In this document: piece by piece, positions 23,899 to 31,798 of the stretch | How positions within the stretch are numbered: the first letter of the stretch is position 1 | Layout of the letters: each line of letters begins with the position of its first letter | IMG/VR virus record: IMGVR_UViG_3300045988_076218 | Span: 1 to 31,798 of that record | Direction: 5' to 3' (one strand) | Origin: a virus | DNA length: 31,798 nt | Translations under genes and position numbers: made by a program | Notes under the pieces: generated by a model | Told to the model about the DNA's origin: nothing | Databases searched by the model: none | Seen by the model: the letters and a program-made list of their open reading frames with translations, nothing else

Positions 23899-24282
23899 TT
23901 AGTCGTTTCTTCGTATCCTCAGGTCTATTCCCAGATCCTGGCGGATATCGTCCGTGAAGTCCTTCCAGGTCACCATGTCGTCCACCAGGCACTCCGCCTT
24001 CAGGTTCATCCGCTCGATGAACCGGCTGATCCTCTTCCTTCCAAATTCGAACTCGTCCCTCAGGACGGCAACGCTCAGGACCGTGAAGGTGTCCAGCGTC
24101 ATCTCCTTGATCCTCGTCGTGGCCTTCTCCAGCTCCTTCCTCGCCAATCCCGTATGTATCCCGGTGATGTTCCTATAGCGGATCTCTTCCTCCAGGCCCG
24201 CCAGTCCGTCCTTCTCGACGATCCTTGCCGCCAGCAGCAGGCCGTCCTCCTTGCCGGACATATAGTCATCGATCTTTCCCAT
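23899..24282 (-). CDS. Hypothetical protein (127 aa)
   Basis: ORF overlapping the 3' end of the upstream gene. No motif. Confidence 0.55.
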   Translation of the reverse strand: MGKIDDYMSGKEDGLLLAARIVEKDGLAGLEEEIRYRNITGIHTGLARKELEKATTRIKEMTLDTFTVLSVAVLRDEFEFGRKRISRFIERMNLKAECLVDDMVTWKDFTDDIRQDLGIDLRIRRND

Positions 24283-25144
24283 TCGCTTTTCCTCCTTCTA
24301 CCAGCTGCATCTCCAGGCTCCTCATGTCATAGGAGCGCCCCTCGAAATTGCTGAACTGGTTCTTCCTCTTCGCCTCCGGCGCCTTCCCGGCCTTCTCCCT
24401 CCTGATCCTGTAGAAATTCTTCCAGCCTCCTGCCGTGGCCTTCTTTACGATGGCCAGCCTCTCCCCGTCGTCATCGGACAACTCAGACAGTTCGTCCCTC
24501 AGCGCCCGTACCTGCTCCGGTATGATGTCGCCATGGTTATGCCGCCTGACAAGGAGATACATCTGGAAGGCCTCCTCAAGGGCAGCGGATCGGAACTCGG
24601 GAGTACATATACTTTTATTTCCTTTACTTTCCTTTATAGGAATTTCCACATCATTATTTTGAATTCCTGTTGCGGAAATTCCTTTTTCTGTTGCAGAAAT
24701 ACTATTTTTATGCGCACTTAATAAAGGCTTCTCACTCTCTTCTTCAAGAAGCCGATATTTCTCTATTTTAACCTTGTTCCTAACAGTCGCTATAGCATAG
24801 CGCTTCTGAATTCCAGCAGAGGTTATCACAGACTGCTGCAAGAGGTCTTTATCGAAAAGTCCTATATCTGCACAATACTGGACAACCTGCAGCACAAGGT
24901 TCCTATTTCTAATCCATTTGCTGCCTATCGTCTTTGTAACGCTAAGCGTAAGACTGGACATAGGAATTTCAAGATAATACCCGTTCCGGTACACCATTTT
25001 CAAAATCACGTCGTAAATGGTCTGCCCGAGCGGACCATATTTGTCCAGCAGTTCCATAATCTTGAAATCCTCATAATAATCCGTATCGCTTCCATGGTAA
25101 GAGAGTCCCTGTTTCGGCGGTCTTCCCGCTCCCATATGACTCAC
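24266..25144 (-). CDS. Replisome organizer / DUF4373 (Lin1244/Lin1753-like) domain protein
   Basis: The N-terminus LSYHGSDTDYYEDFKIMELLDKYGPLGQTIYDVILKMVYRNGYY matches the remembered DUF4373 pattern. It sits in the replication module. Confidence 0.7.
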   Translation of the reverse strand: MSHMGAGRPPKQGLSYHGSDTDYYEDFKIMELLDKYGPLGQTIYDVILKMVYRNGYYLEIPMSSLTLSVTKTIGSKWIRNRNLVLQVVQYCADIGLFDKDLLQQSVITSAGIQKRYAIATVRNKVKIEKYRLLEEESEKPLLSAHKNSISATEKGISATGIQNNDVEIPIKESKGNKSICTPEFRSAALEEAFQMYLLVRRHNHGDIIPEQVRALRDELSELSDDDGERLAIVKKATAGGWKNFYRIRREKAGKAPEAKRKNQFSNFEGRSYDMRSLEMQLVEGGKANGKDR

Positions 25145-25585
25145 CTACCCTCCTGTCGTATATTCCTCGACCGTGATATCCAGCCCTTCCATGGCCGAAT
25201 AGCATTTCTTTGCTGCCACATAGGCCACCTGGGTGTCATCGTGGTAGGCCACGCCGTTCAGGGCATCTGCCACCACCTTCACGATATTGTCCATGTCCGG
25301 CTTCTTAAGCGGCAGTTCCCGGCCTTCCAGCATGTCTGCCTGTCTTTTCTTCGACGTACTCTTGGGCGGAAGGAACCTTGCCACAATCCGAAGCGTGACC
25401 GGTGTCCCCCTCTCCAGATACATGCCATTGCACCGGTTCAGGTACTGGTCCTTGATCAGGTTCTCATACAGGACCGTGCTGTCCGGCGTCATGGATATGC
25501 TCTTTCCTGTGTCCGGGTTCCTGAAGGTCCTCGCCCTCGCCTTCCCCTGCGGCTTGCCCGGCACGTGGAATGCTACTGTCCTCAT
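25145..25585 (-). CDS. rusA: RusA-family Holliday junction resolvase
   Basis: VPGKPQGKARAR...PDMDNIVKVVADALNGVAYHDDTQV is a RusA signature. The start was moved to ATG 25585 behind SD gaaaggagaa. Confidence 0.85.
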   Translation of the reverse strand: MRTVAFHVPGKPQGKARARTFRNPDTGKSISMTPDSTVLYENLIKDQYLNRCNGMYLERGTPVTLRIVARFLPPKSTSKKRQADMLEGRELPLKKPDMDNIVKVVADALNGVAYHDDTQVAYVAAKKCYSAMEGLDITVEEYTTGG

Positions 25586-25688
25586 GCGCTCTTCTCCTTT
25601 CCTCCCGCACCGGCCAGCGCCGGCACGGGACAGTCCTAGGCCTATAGGTTGCACTCGTGATACATCATCCAAAAGGAAAATGCCATGA

Positions 25689-26429
25689 TCATGCGATGAC
25701 TGTGATATGGTGCTTCTCCAGTTCCTCTCTTAACTCTAAATCCAGGTATTCCTTGATCCTGTTCATAGTGGCTTTCTTCCACAGCCCTCCGTCCGCCTCG
25801 ACGAGCTTGAACCCGAGTCCCCGGTCATTGTCCCTGATGCGGAATACGTAATTGCTTTCCGGCTGCTCGATCTCGGCAAAGGTGCGGTACGGCCTCAGGG
25901 CTGCCGGGTTCGGCACGATCACATCGCTCAGCTCTACGCCCGCCTTGATGGTCGTCTTCTGGGAGATGCCGTCATCCGAGTAGTTCGCGGTCGTCCCGGA
26001 CTTGATGTTGCCGGCTACCTGCATAAGCGCCTGCAGGTCCTCCGTCTCCATGAAGTTCGCCTGCAGCTCGATCAGGAAGCGCTCCTGGTCGTAATAGCTG
26101 TCAAACTGGAACTCATTCACTACCGCGTCGGATATCATCAGCGTCTCGCGGATCCTCTCGTCCACCAGGCCGGAAGTCAGCGCCACCTGGGTAAGGCCCG
26201 TGATATGCAGGATCATGGACTCCCGCAGCTCCTCCGGCTTCCCCTTGATGTAATCCACGACGGCGGTCAGGGTATTGACCCTCAGGGCCGCTGCCGTAGG
26301 GAATCTGTGGTATCGGTGCAGATCCTTGCTGCAGTAGGTCTCCCCGTTGATCTCCACCACCTTCGGCTCCATGCTCTCTTCCTTCAACCCTGCTATGTAC
26401 TGTAATGCTTCCTTTAATCCTTCCATCAT
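25689..26429 (-). CDS. Conserved phage hypothetical protein (246 aa)
   Basis: Clean ORF with an SD. No recognisable catalytic motif. Confidence 0.6.
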   Translation of the reverse strand: MMEGLKEALQYIAGLKEESMEPKVVEINGETYCSKDLHRYHRFPTAAALRVNTLTAVVDYIKGKPEELRESMILHITGLTQVALTSGLVDERIRETLMISDAVVNEFQFDSYYDQERFLIELQANFMETEDLQALMQVAGNIKSGTTANYSDDGISQKTTIKAGVELSDVIVPNPAALRPYRTFAEIEQPESNYVFRIRDNDRGLGFKLVEADGGLWKKATMNRIKEYLDLELREELEKHHITVIA

Positions 26430-26443
26430 CTTTCTTATCCTCC

Positions 26444-26884
26444 TTATGCTTTCTTCCTTAAGTCAATGACCTTTCCTGATTCTTCCGCGATCTCGCCAGT
26501 GGCGGTATCCACAGTCCTGCCTTCCACTTCCACGGCGTCCGCCGGCTGATCTGGCTGGGCCCCCTGGATATCTGCCACGGACATCTGCCCGGGGATCTGG
26601 CTTCCGATTTCTACAGCCTCTACCTTGCCCGTCTGAATGTCCTTCCCCATGCTGAGCGCCGTCACCGCTCCAAGGGCCGGTGCCAGGGTCGTCCTGGTCT
26701 GCACGCCCGTCGCGACGAAGTTCCGCTCCTGGTTCGGCTTGAATCCGATCGTGACCGTGATCTTGCGGGCGGCTCCCGGCTCCGTATTCGGATCCTGGAT
26801 ATTCTGCGTCACCTCCTCGATCGCCCGGTTGACCTGCGCCGTAAACGCTCCGTTTGCAAATGTCTCCAGATTAATGTGCTTCAT
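26444..26884 (-). CDS. Conserved phage hypothetical protein (146 aa)
   Basis: The pattern NGAF...V..NI.DPNT...A.RKITVT..FKP resembles a family I recall being labelled 'replication terminator protein' in Firmicutes phages. The function is unverified. Confidence 0.55.
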   Translation of the reverse strand: MKHINLETFANGAFTAQVNRAIEEVTQNIQDPNTEPGAARKITVTIGFKPNQERNFVATGVQTRTTLAPALGAVTALSMGKDIQTGKVEAVEIGSQIPGQMSVADIQGAQPDQPADAVEVEGRTVDTATGEIAEESGKVIDLRKKA

Positions 26885-26901
26885 GCTATGCGCCTCCTTT
26901 T

Positions 26902-28458
26902 TTATAGTCTCATATATGCATCAATCCCTTTGTCAAGGTCTATGCTTCCTGCCCGGCTCCATTCATCCCAGAAGTCGATCGTCCTGGACTGAGGGCGTTC
27001 CTTGGCAAGACAGACCTGTATCTTGAGTGGGATAGGGACTGCATCCCCAACAATAATTACCTCCCCCGGCCGGAATGTGGTGGTGCTGTCAATCACGCTC
27101 TCATCCCCGGCCGGCAGCATTCCCTTGATCATGCTCTTGTCATTCTCGTTATTCAGCTTGGACACGATGAAGTTCGCGCACTGCGCCATAATAGTCTTAT
27201 TCAGTTCTGACGGGCGCTGGCTGGCAGGGAATAAGGTCATGCCAAACTTGCGGCCTTCCTTTGCGATCTCCTCAAAAGTGCCGAGCATCCGCTTCTCCGA
27301 CGCCGACAACTGGAAATCATTCGGGATATAGACATGCGCCTCATCGCATACCAGCGTCACCGGGATAATCTCTTCCGGGCCATACGTCCGCTGTACCCCG
27401 TATACAAGCTTCGCAATGGCGCCAATCAGCGGGATCGCCACATCATGAGGCACTTCCGACAGGTCGATGTTCTTCACCGGCCTGTCATTGTCCATGATAA
27501 GGTGCAGCACTTTCTTCAGGTAAGACTGCTGGTCCTCGAAGAACAGGAAGGAATAGCGCCTGTCCGAAAGCCTGTCCTTCATGGTATTTATGACTCCGGA
27601 CAGTTTCCCATAGAAATCGCCTTTCACCGTCTTTGCCGTGCCGGCCTTATCCCCTGTCTTGTATATCTCTCCTGTCATTACCTCTTCCGCATTCAGCCCC
27701 TCGAGAAGGTCCAGCATCTTCTGGAAATCAAACTGCACCGGCCGGTTCTCCCTTCCATCCGGGCAGAGCTGGTAATAGCATTTTCGGAGGGCTGACATCA
27801 CTACCGTGGACGATTCCTCCTTGACTTTCAGGATATCCGCAGCCACATCCTGGAATCCAAACAGCCAGACCGGGAAATGGAATTCCTCCCCGATCTTGAT
27901 GTTCCTTGCATAGGACAGGTCGCTGTATTCTCCGTGAATGTCGAATACGATCAGGTTTGCCCCGGGCAGCTTCCCGGCCTCTTCCAGGATCTTCGCCACG
28001 GTTTCGGATTTCCCGGATCCCGTATTCCCGACAATGCAGGCATGCCTCTGGAAAAACTTATTTCCATTGATCCAGGCAGGGCATTCGTATGCCGCATACC
28101 CGCCAATGCAGAACCCCTGGCCCGGATCGACCGACAGCATCCGCTCGAAGGCTTCCCTATCGATCTCCCTCGCCACGATATCAGTGGAAGGGTATTGCTC
28201 AATAGCGCTGCTGAACCTGCCATTAAGGATGCTTCCGATGATGGAGCACTCCACAACCTTCACGCTCAGCCTTTCCGCGATAAAGTCCTCGTCCGCAAAA
28301 GGATCGCTGATATCCGTATCCGTGATGGATGTCACGCAGGTTACCAGCTCATGCCGGCCGTCTGAGATGGATAGCAGATCATTGATCCTCACCTCTTTAA
28401 ATTCCGTCTGATCCGTCTTGATCTGGACCTTGTCGCTGATTATCTTTATCAGTTTCAA
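26902..28458 (-). CDS. HerA/FtsK-like P-loop ATPase (DUF87-type)
   Basis: Walker A CIVGNTGSGKSE and Walker B TLVCDEAHVYIP. The C-terminal region reads ASQRPSELNKTIMAQCANFIVSKL. TTG start behind SD ggagga. Confidence 0.8.
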   Translation of the reverse strand: MKLIKIISDKVQIKTDQTEFKEVRINDLLSISDGRHELVTCVTSITDTDISDPFADEDFIAERLSVKVVECSIIGSILNGRFSSAIEQYPSTDIVAREIDREAFERMLSVDPGQGFCIGGYAAYECPAWINGNKFFQRHACIVGNTGSGKSETVAKILEEAGKLPGANLIVFDIHGEYSDLSYARNIKIGEEFHFPVWLFGFQDVAADILKVKEESSTVVMSALRKCYYQLCPDGRENRPVQFDFQKMLDLLEGLNAEEVMTGEIYKTGDKAGTAKTVKGDFYGKLSGVINTMKDRLSDRRYSFLFFEDQQSYLKKVLHLIMDNDRPVKNIDLSEVPHDVAIPLIGAIAKLVYGVQRTYGPEEIIPVTLVCDEAHVYIPNDFQLSASEKRMLGTFEEIAKEGRKFGMTLFPASQRPSELNKTIMAQCANFIVSKLNNENDKSMIKGMLPAGDESVIDSTTTFRPGEVIIVGDAVPIPLKIQVCLAKERPQSRTIDFWDEWSRAGSIDLDKGIDAYMRL

Positions 28459-28461
28459 TCT

Positions 28462-29202
28462 CTATTCCTCCAATAATTCATTATAATTTCTGATCCTTGC
28501 TGCTTTCCAGTTCTTGCAGTAATCGCAGCATCCGCAGGCTTCCGGTTCTGCCAGTCCGGCTTTCACATCCGCATACCTCTGTATCTCTGCCCCCACCTCA
28601 TTCATTGCAAGGTCAAGCGTCTGCTGCGGCACCTGGAAAATGTCGAAATCCGGAGTCCGCTCCTTGGTGGCGGCTGCCAGATAAAAGGGAAGCCGCTCCC
28701 CCGTCACGATCTCGACGCCCTTCTGGTATACTGCGCCCTGGATGTCGTACCGCCAGTACGGGAGATTCCGAAAGTTTGCCACTACCTTAAGGTCCGTGAT
28801 GCAAATCCCCGGAAGATAGCTGTCCATCTTCATCTTCCACGGGACCCCAAAAAGGTCAAAGGTCATTATCCTCTGCTTCTCGCCGCTCATGAAGCGCATG
28901 AACAGTTCATCAGACTGAACTTTCCGGATAATCTCATTCGCTTTGCGAAACTCGCTGCGGAGTTCCTGCTTTCTTGTGAACACCTCTGGATGCTCTCGAA
29001 TGAATCCGTCCAGTTCCCCTTCAAAATAGGCATCCACAAACGATCCTACCAGCATGGCCCGCGTCATCTCCGGCTTATACTCGCCGGAGATCTTCGCCAT
29101 GGCCATCGCCTCGCATTTCCTGAAATCCTTAAACTGGGAGACCGAAAAGAACCGCTTATTCGACTCTGCATCATAATAGTTACTTTGACTCAGTTCCTGC
29201 AT
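28462..29202 (-). CDS. PD-(D/E)XK exonuclease (DUF3799/Cas4-like, recombination exonuclease)
   Basis: Contains FSVSQFKDFRKCEAMAMAK, the D...ITDLKV core, and a C-terminal Cys cluster CGCCDYC. Confidence 0.75.
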   Translation of the reverse strand: MQELSQSNYYDAESNKRFFSVSQFKDFRKCEAMAMAKISGEYKPEMTRAMLVGSFVDAYFEGELDGFIREHPEVFTRKQELRSEFRKANEIIRKVQSDELFMRFMSGEKQRIMTFDLFGVPWKMKMDSYLPGICITDLKVVANFRNLPYWRYDIQGAVYQKGVEIVTGERLPFYLAAATKERTPDFDIFQVPQQTLDLAMNEVGAEIQRYADVKAGLAEPEACGCCDYCKNWKAARIRNYNELLEE

Positions 29203-30067
29203 CCTTTACCTGCTCCTGTTCCTGCTCGACCTGTTTATCCTGCTTTTTCGTTTTCCCTTTTGGCGCTCCTTCTGGGAACGGATTCTCTACCTCCGTATCA
29301 TCTGCCGGCAGGGCGATATCGAAATAGTCCTCCCTCTTTGCCATTCCATCACGAAGGGAACGGTATACATTGTTCAGCCGGATCATGTCATGTTCACTGA
29401 ATGCTTCGCCCTTACAGCCTATATACTTTTCAATCATCTGCTGTGTCACGGAAAACTTATCTTCAAACTGCTTGATTCCTTTTCTGACTCGGTCGATAAG
29501 CGGTTCTGTGTTTCCGCTCACCAGCGTCTTCTGGCATTCTTCCACTGCTGCTTCCACCACGTCCCCCGGTATTACACCAAGGATACAGGCTCTTACCCTC
29601 CTGGCTCCCTGGTTCGCAACCATTTCATAGATATCTCTTGGATCCGTAAGCGGAACATTTCCTTTCTTGGTCCCTCTCACATGTGGGACGCTAAATACTT
29701 TAGTCTGCCTGGTATTCGTCTCCAGATCCCACGCATAAGCCATGACCTGGCTTTCTCCATTCTTCTGCTCCAGTTCCAGGATACCGAAATCAAGGTTTCC
29801 CCAGTTCTGGGCCATTGCTTCCGCAAGTCGGATGGACGGACCAGTGACCTTTGTCCCTCCCCTTGGATACTCATACATTGCAGTCTCTGCAAGCTTTTTC
29901 CTTTGACACGCCCTCATGATTCGGTTATATGCCTCCACCTCGTCCCTGGGGAATCTCTTTGCTATGACCATGGCCGCCTGCACCTCCTGGGCCTGCCTGC
30001 TGATCATCATCTCCGTCTGCGTGTTGCGCGCCGGCATCATCCCATCCGGCATGCTCATTTCATTCAT
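29180..30067 (-). CDS. Putative single-strand annealing recombinase (RecT/Redbeta/Sak-type by context)
   Basis: It lies directly upstream of, and overlaps, the exonuclease gene. It has a strong SD (aaggagga). I do not recognise a definitive family motif. Confidence 0.45.
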   Translation of the reverse strand: MNEMSMPDGMMPARNTQTEMMISRQAQEVQAAMVIAKRFPRDEVEAYNRIMRACQRKKLAETAMYEYPRGGTKVTGPSIRLAEAMAQNWGNLDFGILELEQKNGESQVMAYAWDLETNTRQTKVFSVPHVRGTKKGNVPLTDPRDIYEMVANQGARRVRACILGVIPGDVVEAAVEECQKTLVSGNTEPLIDRVRKGIKQFEDKFSVTQQMIEKYIGCKGEAFSEHDMIRLNNVYRSLRDGMAKREDYFDIALPADDTEVENPFPEGAPKGKTKKQDKQVEQEQEQVKDAGTESK

Positions 30068-30079
30068 TTCACATCCTCC

Positions 30080-30418
30080 TTAACTCACTATATACCACAT
30101 GTCCTTTTCCTCCGCCTCTTCCCTGCCGCTCTTGAGCGCCTCCAGGTAGGTCCCGAAAAAGGAGCGCAGGGAGTTGTCCTCGAACCGGATGATGTACCCG
30201 GTCTTTTCCCCTCCCGCCGTATCGTTTATCCAGTTCCCGGAATAGAACCACTCCATAAGGGCGACGGCAAAATCCAGCATGTCGCTGCTTTCTGCGGCAA
30301 GCCCCAGGAAGGCCTGCCGCTCCTCGCGGCTTCCCGTAAGGCATCTCTCGCATGCGTAGGAAAAGGCGTCCGTTTCGCGTACCCGCTTCCCTGCCTCGGG
30401 GCCTACCCCTACAAACAT
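30080..30418 (-). CDS. Hypothetical protein (112 aa)
   Basis: This is the distal part of track ORF 30080..30619, taken from ATG 30418 (MFVGVGPEAG...), which overlaps the stop of the upstream gene (ATGTTTGTAG). Confidence 0.5.
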   Translation of the reverse strand: MFVGVGPEAGKRVRETDAFSYACERCLTGSREERQAFLGLAAESSDMLDFAVALMEWFYSGNWINDTAGGEKTGYIIRFEDNSLRSFFGTYLEALKSGREEAEEKDMWYIVS

Positions 30419-30666
30419 GATGCCGGCCCCTTCTCGCGGATCTCTGTCCCAAGTATCCTGCGGATCGGCCCCTTGCTTATCGAATAGTCGTCGGCTATGG
30501 ATATGTATTCGACGGCCTTCAGCTTCGCCGCCATGTCGATGTAGCTCCTGTTGAATTCCAGAGACTCCTTCAGCCTGGAATTTTCCGCATTCAGCCGCAG
30601 GTTCTCCCTGCGCAGGCATTCGATCTCGCTACTCATCTCTTGAATCTTCATATCATCCATTTGCAT
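30409..30666 (-). CDS. Coiled-coil hypothetical protein (85 aa)
   Basis: Heptad-like EIECLRRENLRLNAENSRLKESL. SD ggagga lies upstream. Confidence 0.5.
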   Translation of the reverse strand: MQMDDMKIQEMSSEIECLRRENLRLNAENSRLKESLEFNRSYIDMAAKLKAVEYISIADDYSISKGPIRRILGTEIREKGPASCL

Positions 30667-30706
30667 TTTCCTCCATTTCTGCTATAATTGACTTGTTAGA
30701 TTTTCT

Positions 30707-30741
30707 GAGCGCCAGAGGCTTGCCGGCCTGTGAAGGCGCTC
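30707..30741 (+). repeat. Two-tier GC-rich hairpin E1 (outer stem gagcgcc/ggcgctc, inner stem aggc/gcct, apical loop TTGCCG)
   Basis: Pairing checked by hand. It is followed on the plus strand by tttccttat. It lies 22 nt beyond the stop of the minus-strand gene 30763..31083. Confidence 0.5.
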
Positions 30742-30762
30742 TTTCCTTATATCCCATTTATG

Positions 30763-31083
30763 CTATCCCTCCTGCGATAATCTCAGATACAATGTTGCCA
30801 GCAGGTTCCCGTTCGTCGTGTTCTGCAGCGTCAGGTATTTCTCTACCGCCTCGAGGTATCCCTCCGTCAGCACGATCGCGAATGCATGCCTGATCGCCCT
30901 CTCCACCTTGGATGGCGTGTCCCCGCTCATCTCTGACAGCCTTCGGTATACCTTCCCTGTCTTCCCGGGCTTCCATGACGGGTCCTCTTCAAGCAGGGCC
31001 ATTGCTTCCGCTATGTAATGGAATCCCTTGATGTTCGCTGGCATTCCCATCTCTATCAGAGCATTGATTGCCTTATTTTTCAT
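30763..31083 (-). CDS. Spo0A C-terminal (DNA-binding) domain-like protein
   Basis: GMPANIKGFHYIAEAMALL...VYRRLSEMSGDTPSKVERAIRHAFAIV...TNGNLLATL matches the Spo0A_C signature (IKGY.YL..AI, VERAIRHAI, TNSEFIA). Confidence 0.8.
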   Translation of the reverse strand: MKNKAINALIEMGMPANIKGFHYIAEAMALLEEDPSWKPGKTGKVYRRLSEMSGDTPSKVERAIRHAFAIVLTEGYLEAVEKYLTLQNTTNGNLLATLYLRLSQEG

Positions 31084-31130
31084 TTGTACTTGCCTGCCTT
31101 TCTGTGTTATACTCTAATTGGTTGATTACG

Positions 31131-31168
31131 AGAGTGCTTACGCCTTGCCGGGCTTATGTAAGCGCTCT
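31131..31168 (+). repeat. Two-tier GC-rich hairpin E2 (11-bp outer stem, inner stem gcc/ggc, apical loop TTGCCG), paralog of E1
   Basis: agagtgcttac pairs with gtaagcgctct (one G-T pair). The hexaloop is the same as in E1. It is followed on the plus strand by tcttttat. It lies 5 nt beyond the stop of the minus-strand gene 31173..31379. Confidence 0.5.
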
Positions 31169-31172
31169 TCTT

Positions 31173-31379
31173 TTATACGATCTGCTTAATGATGTCTTGG
31201 ATCATAGCCGTTCCCGAGTCCATTGCTACATTCACAACCTTTTGGTAGCCGCTCTCGAACTTCGCATATACAAGATCACGCTCTTCGCTGTAATCCAGTT
31301 CCTGCAGATCATGCAGGTATCTGGTTGCCTGCAGTGCCGGCAATAGCAGATCACAGATCTTCTGCTTGTCTTCCCTCAT
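31173..31379 (-). CDS. Hypothetical protein (68 aa)
   Basis: ORF with SD ggaggaggcgg upstream. Confidence 0.5.
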   Translation of the reverse strand: MREDKQKICDLLLPALQATRYLHDLQELDYSEERDLVYAKFESGYQKVVNVAMDSGTAMIQDIIKQIV

Positions 31380-31758
31380 TCCTTTCCGCCTCCTCCAGAT
31401 ATCTCCTTAGATCCTGCACTGCCGCAAATGCATCGTAGATCTTCTGCTCGCGCTCCGTGAATCCCCGGCCTGAATCGATCGCCTCTGAGATCTCGCCCAG
31501 AAGCCTGTTCTCAATCCCAAACGCTTCCTTGCTGTTCATCCCCTCATCTTCTACGCGGATTCGGATGTGATGCCGATTCGTCTCAATGCAGGATCCCCGA
31601 TCCATATCGACCAGCACGCGCATGATGCCATCCATGTCAATCTTAAGATTAAATGCGATCGACGCGTCCTCGATCGCGCCGTATGCCTCGCTGATCGTGC
31701 TGCTGAGATGCTCGAACTCACGCCTCTCCGCCTGTATACATACCCTATAATGCTTCAT
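31351..31758 (-). CDS. Hypothetical early protein (135 aa from MKHYRV...)
   Basis: Track ORF is 31351..31779. ATG 31758 follows the strong SD aaggagga. Its start lies inside the terminal repeat. Confidence 0.55.
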   Translation of the reverse strand: MKHYRVCIQAERREFEHLSSTISEAYGAIEDASIAFNLKIDMDGIMRVLVDMDRGSCIETNRHHIRIRVEDEGMNSKEAFGIENRLLGEISEAIDSGRGFTEREQKIYDAFAAVQDLRRYLEEAERNEGRQAEDL

Positions 31759-31798
31759 CCTAATTTCCTCCTTCTTCAAAATAACGGCCCCGCCATCC
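31744..31798. repeat. Terminal direct repeat, copy 2 (identical to 1..55)
   Basis: Same 55-nt string as 1..55. Confidence 0.95.

Noticed and set aside
29390-30487. 365-aa plus-strand ORF across the recombinase/early genes. Similar long plus-strand or alternative-frame ORFs occur in the GC-rich region (19708..20262, 23821..24354, 25094..25639, 27877..28365, 30069..30452, 30758..30976).
   Set aside because: All overlap well-supported minus-strand genes. All are Arg/Pro/Leu/His-rich, as expected for off-frame reading of GC-rich DNA, and none has a convincing SD.
1-31798. CRISPR arrays, tRNA/tmRNA or rRNA genes
   Set aside because: I saw no regularly spaced direct repeats and no cloverleaf-like or rRNA-like segments while reading the intergenic regions. 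A tRNAscan/Infernal run would be needed to exclude small RNAs formally.

Overview
The window looks like a complete, circularly closed temperate siphovirus-type phage or prophage genome of a Firmicutes/Clostridia-like host. Bases 1..55 are identical to 31744..31798, giving a unit length of about 31,743 bp. A short plus-strand lysogeny block (843..3830) holds an ImmR-like XRE repressor, an ImmA metallopeptidase, a HIRAN-domain moron and a large serine recombinase. Almost everything else is on the minus strand. In order of decreasing coordinate (wrapping through 1):
- cro-like XRE gene and small early ORFs
- Spo0A-C-terminal-domain regulator
- recombination module: annealing-protein candidate, PD-(D/E)XK exonuclease, HerA-like ATPase
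- RusA and a DUF4373-type replisome organizer
- tyrosine-recombinase remnant
- AT-richer accessory island: HNH homing endonuclease, GNAT, zinc-ribbon ORFs
- sigma-like late regulator
- HNH, portal, minor capsid, TerL, scaffold, HK97-type capsid
- connector and neck proteins, major tail, chaperones with a -1 frameshift, tape measure
- Dit, Tal-position protein, putative receptor-binding protein, holin, amidase endolysin

The most interesting observation is a putative Mu G-segment-like DNA inversion switch at 6048..6731. A perfect 15-bp inverted repeat, read in the same codon phase in both copies, would swap the C-terminal domain of the putative receptor-binding tail protein for a silent, start-less alternative cassette on the opposite strand. 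No dedicated small invertase is present.

Other points:
- a reading-frame break in the ImmR-like repressor at a T5 run
- operator repeats with possible face-to-face promoters
- a 34-bp near-palindrome next to the integrase
- a truncated tyrosine recombinase at a compositional boundary
- two paralogous two-tier hairpins around the Spo0A_C-like gene

All family names come from motif recognition by eye. No database search was run.
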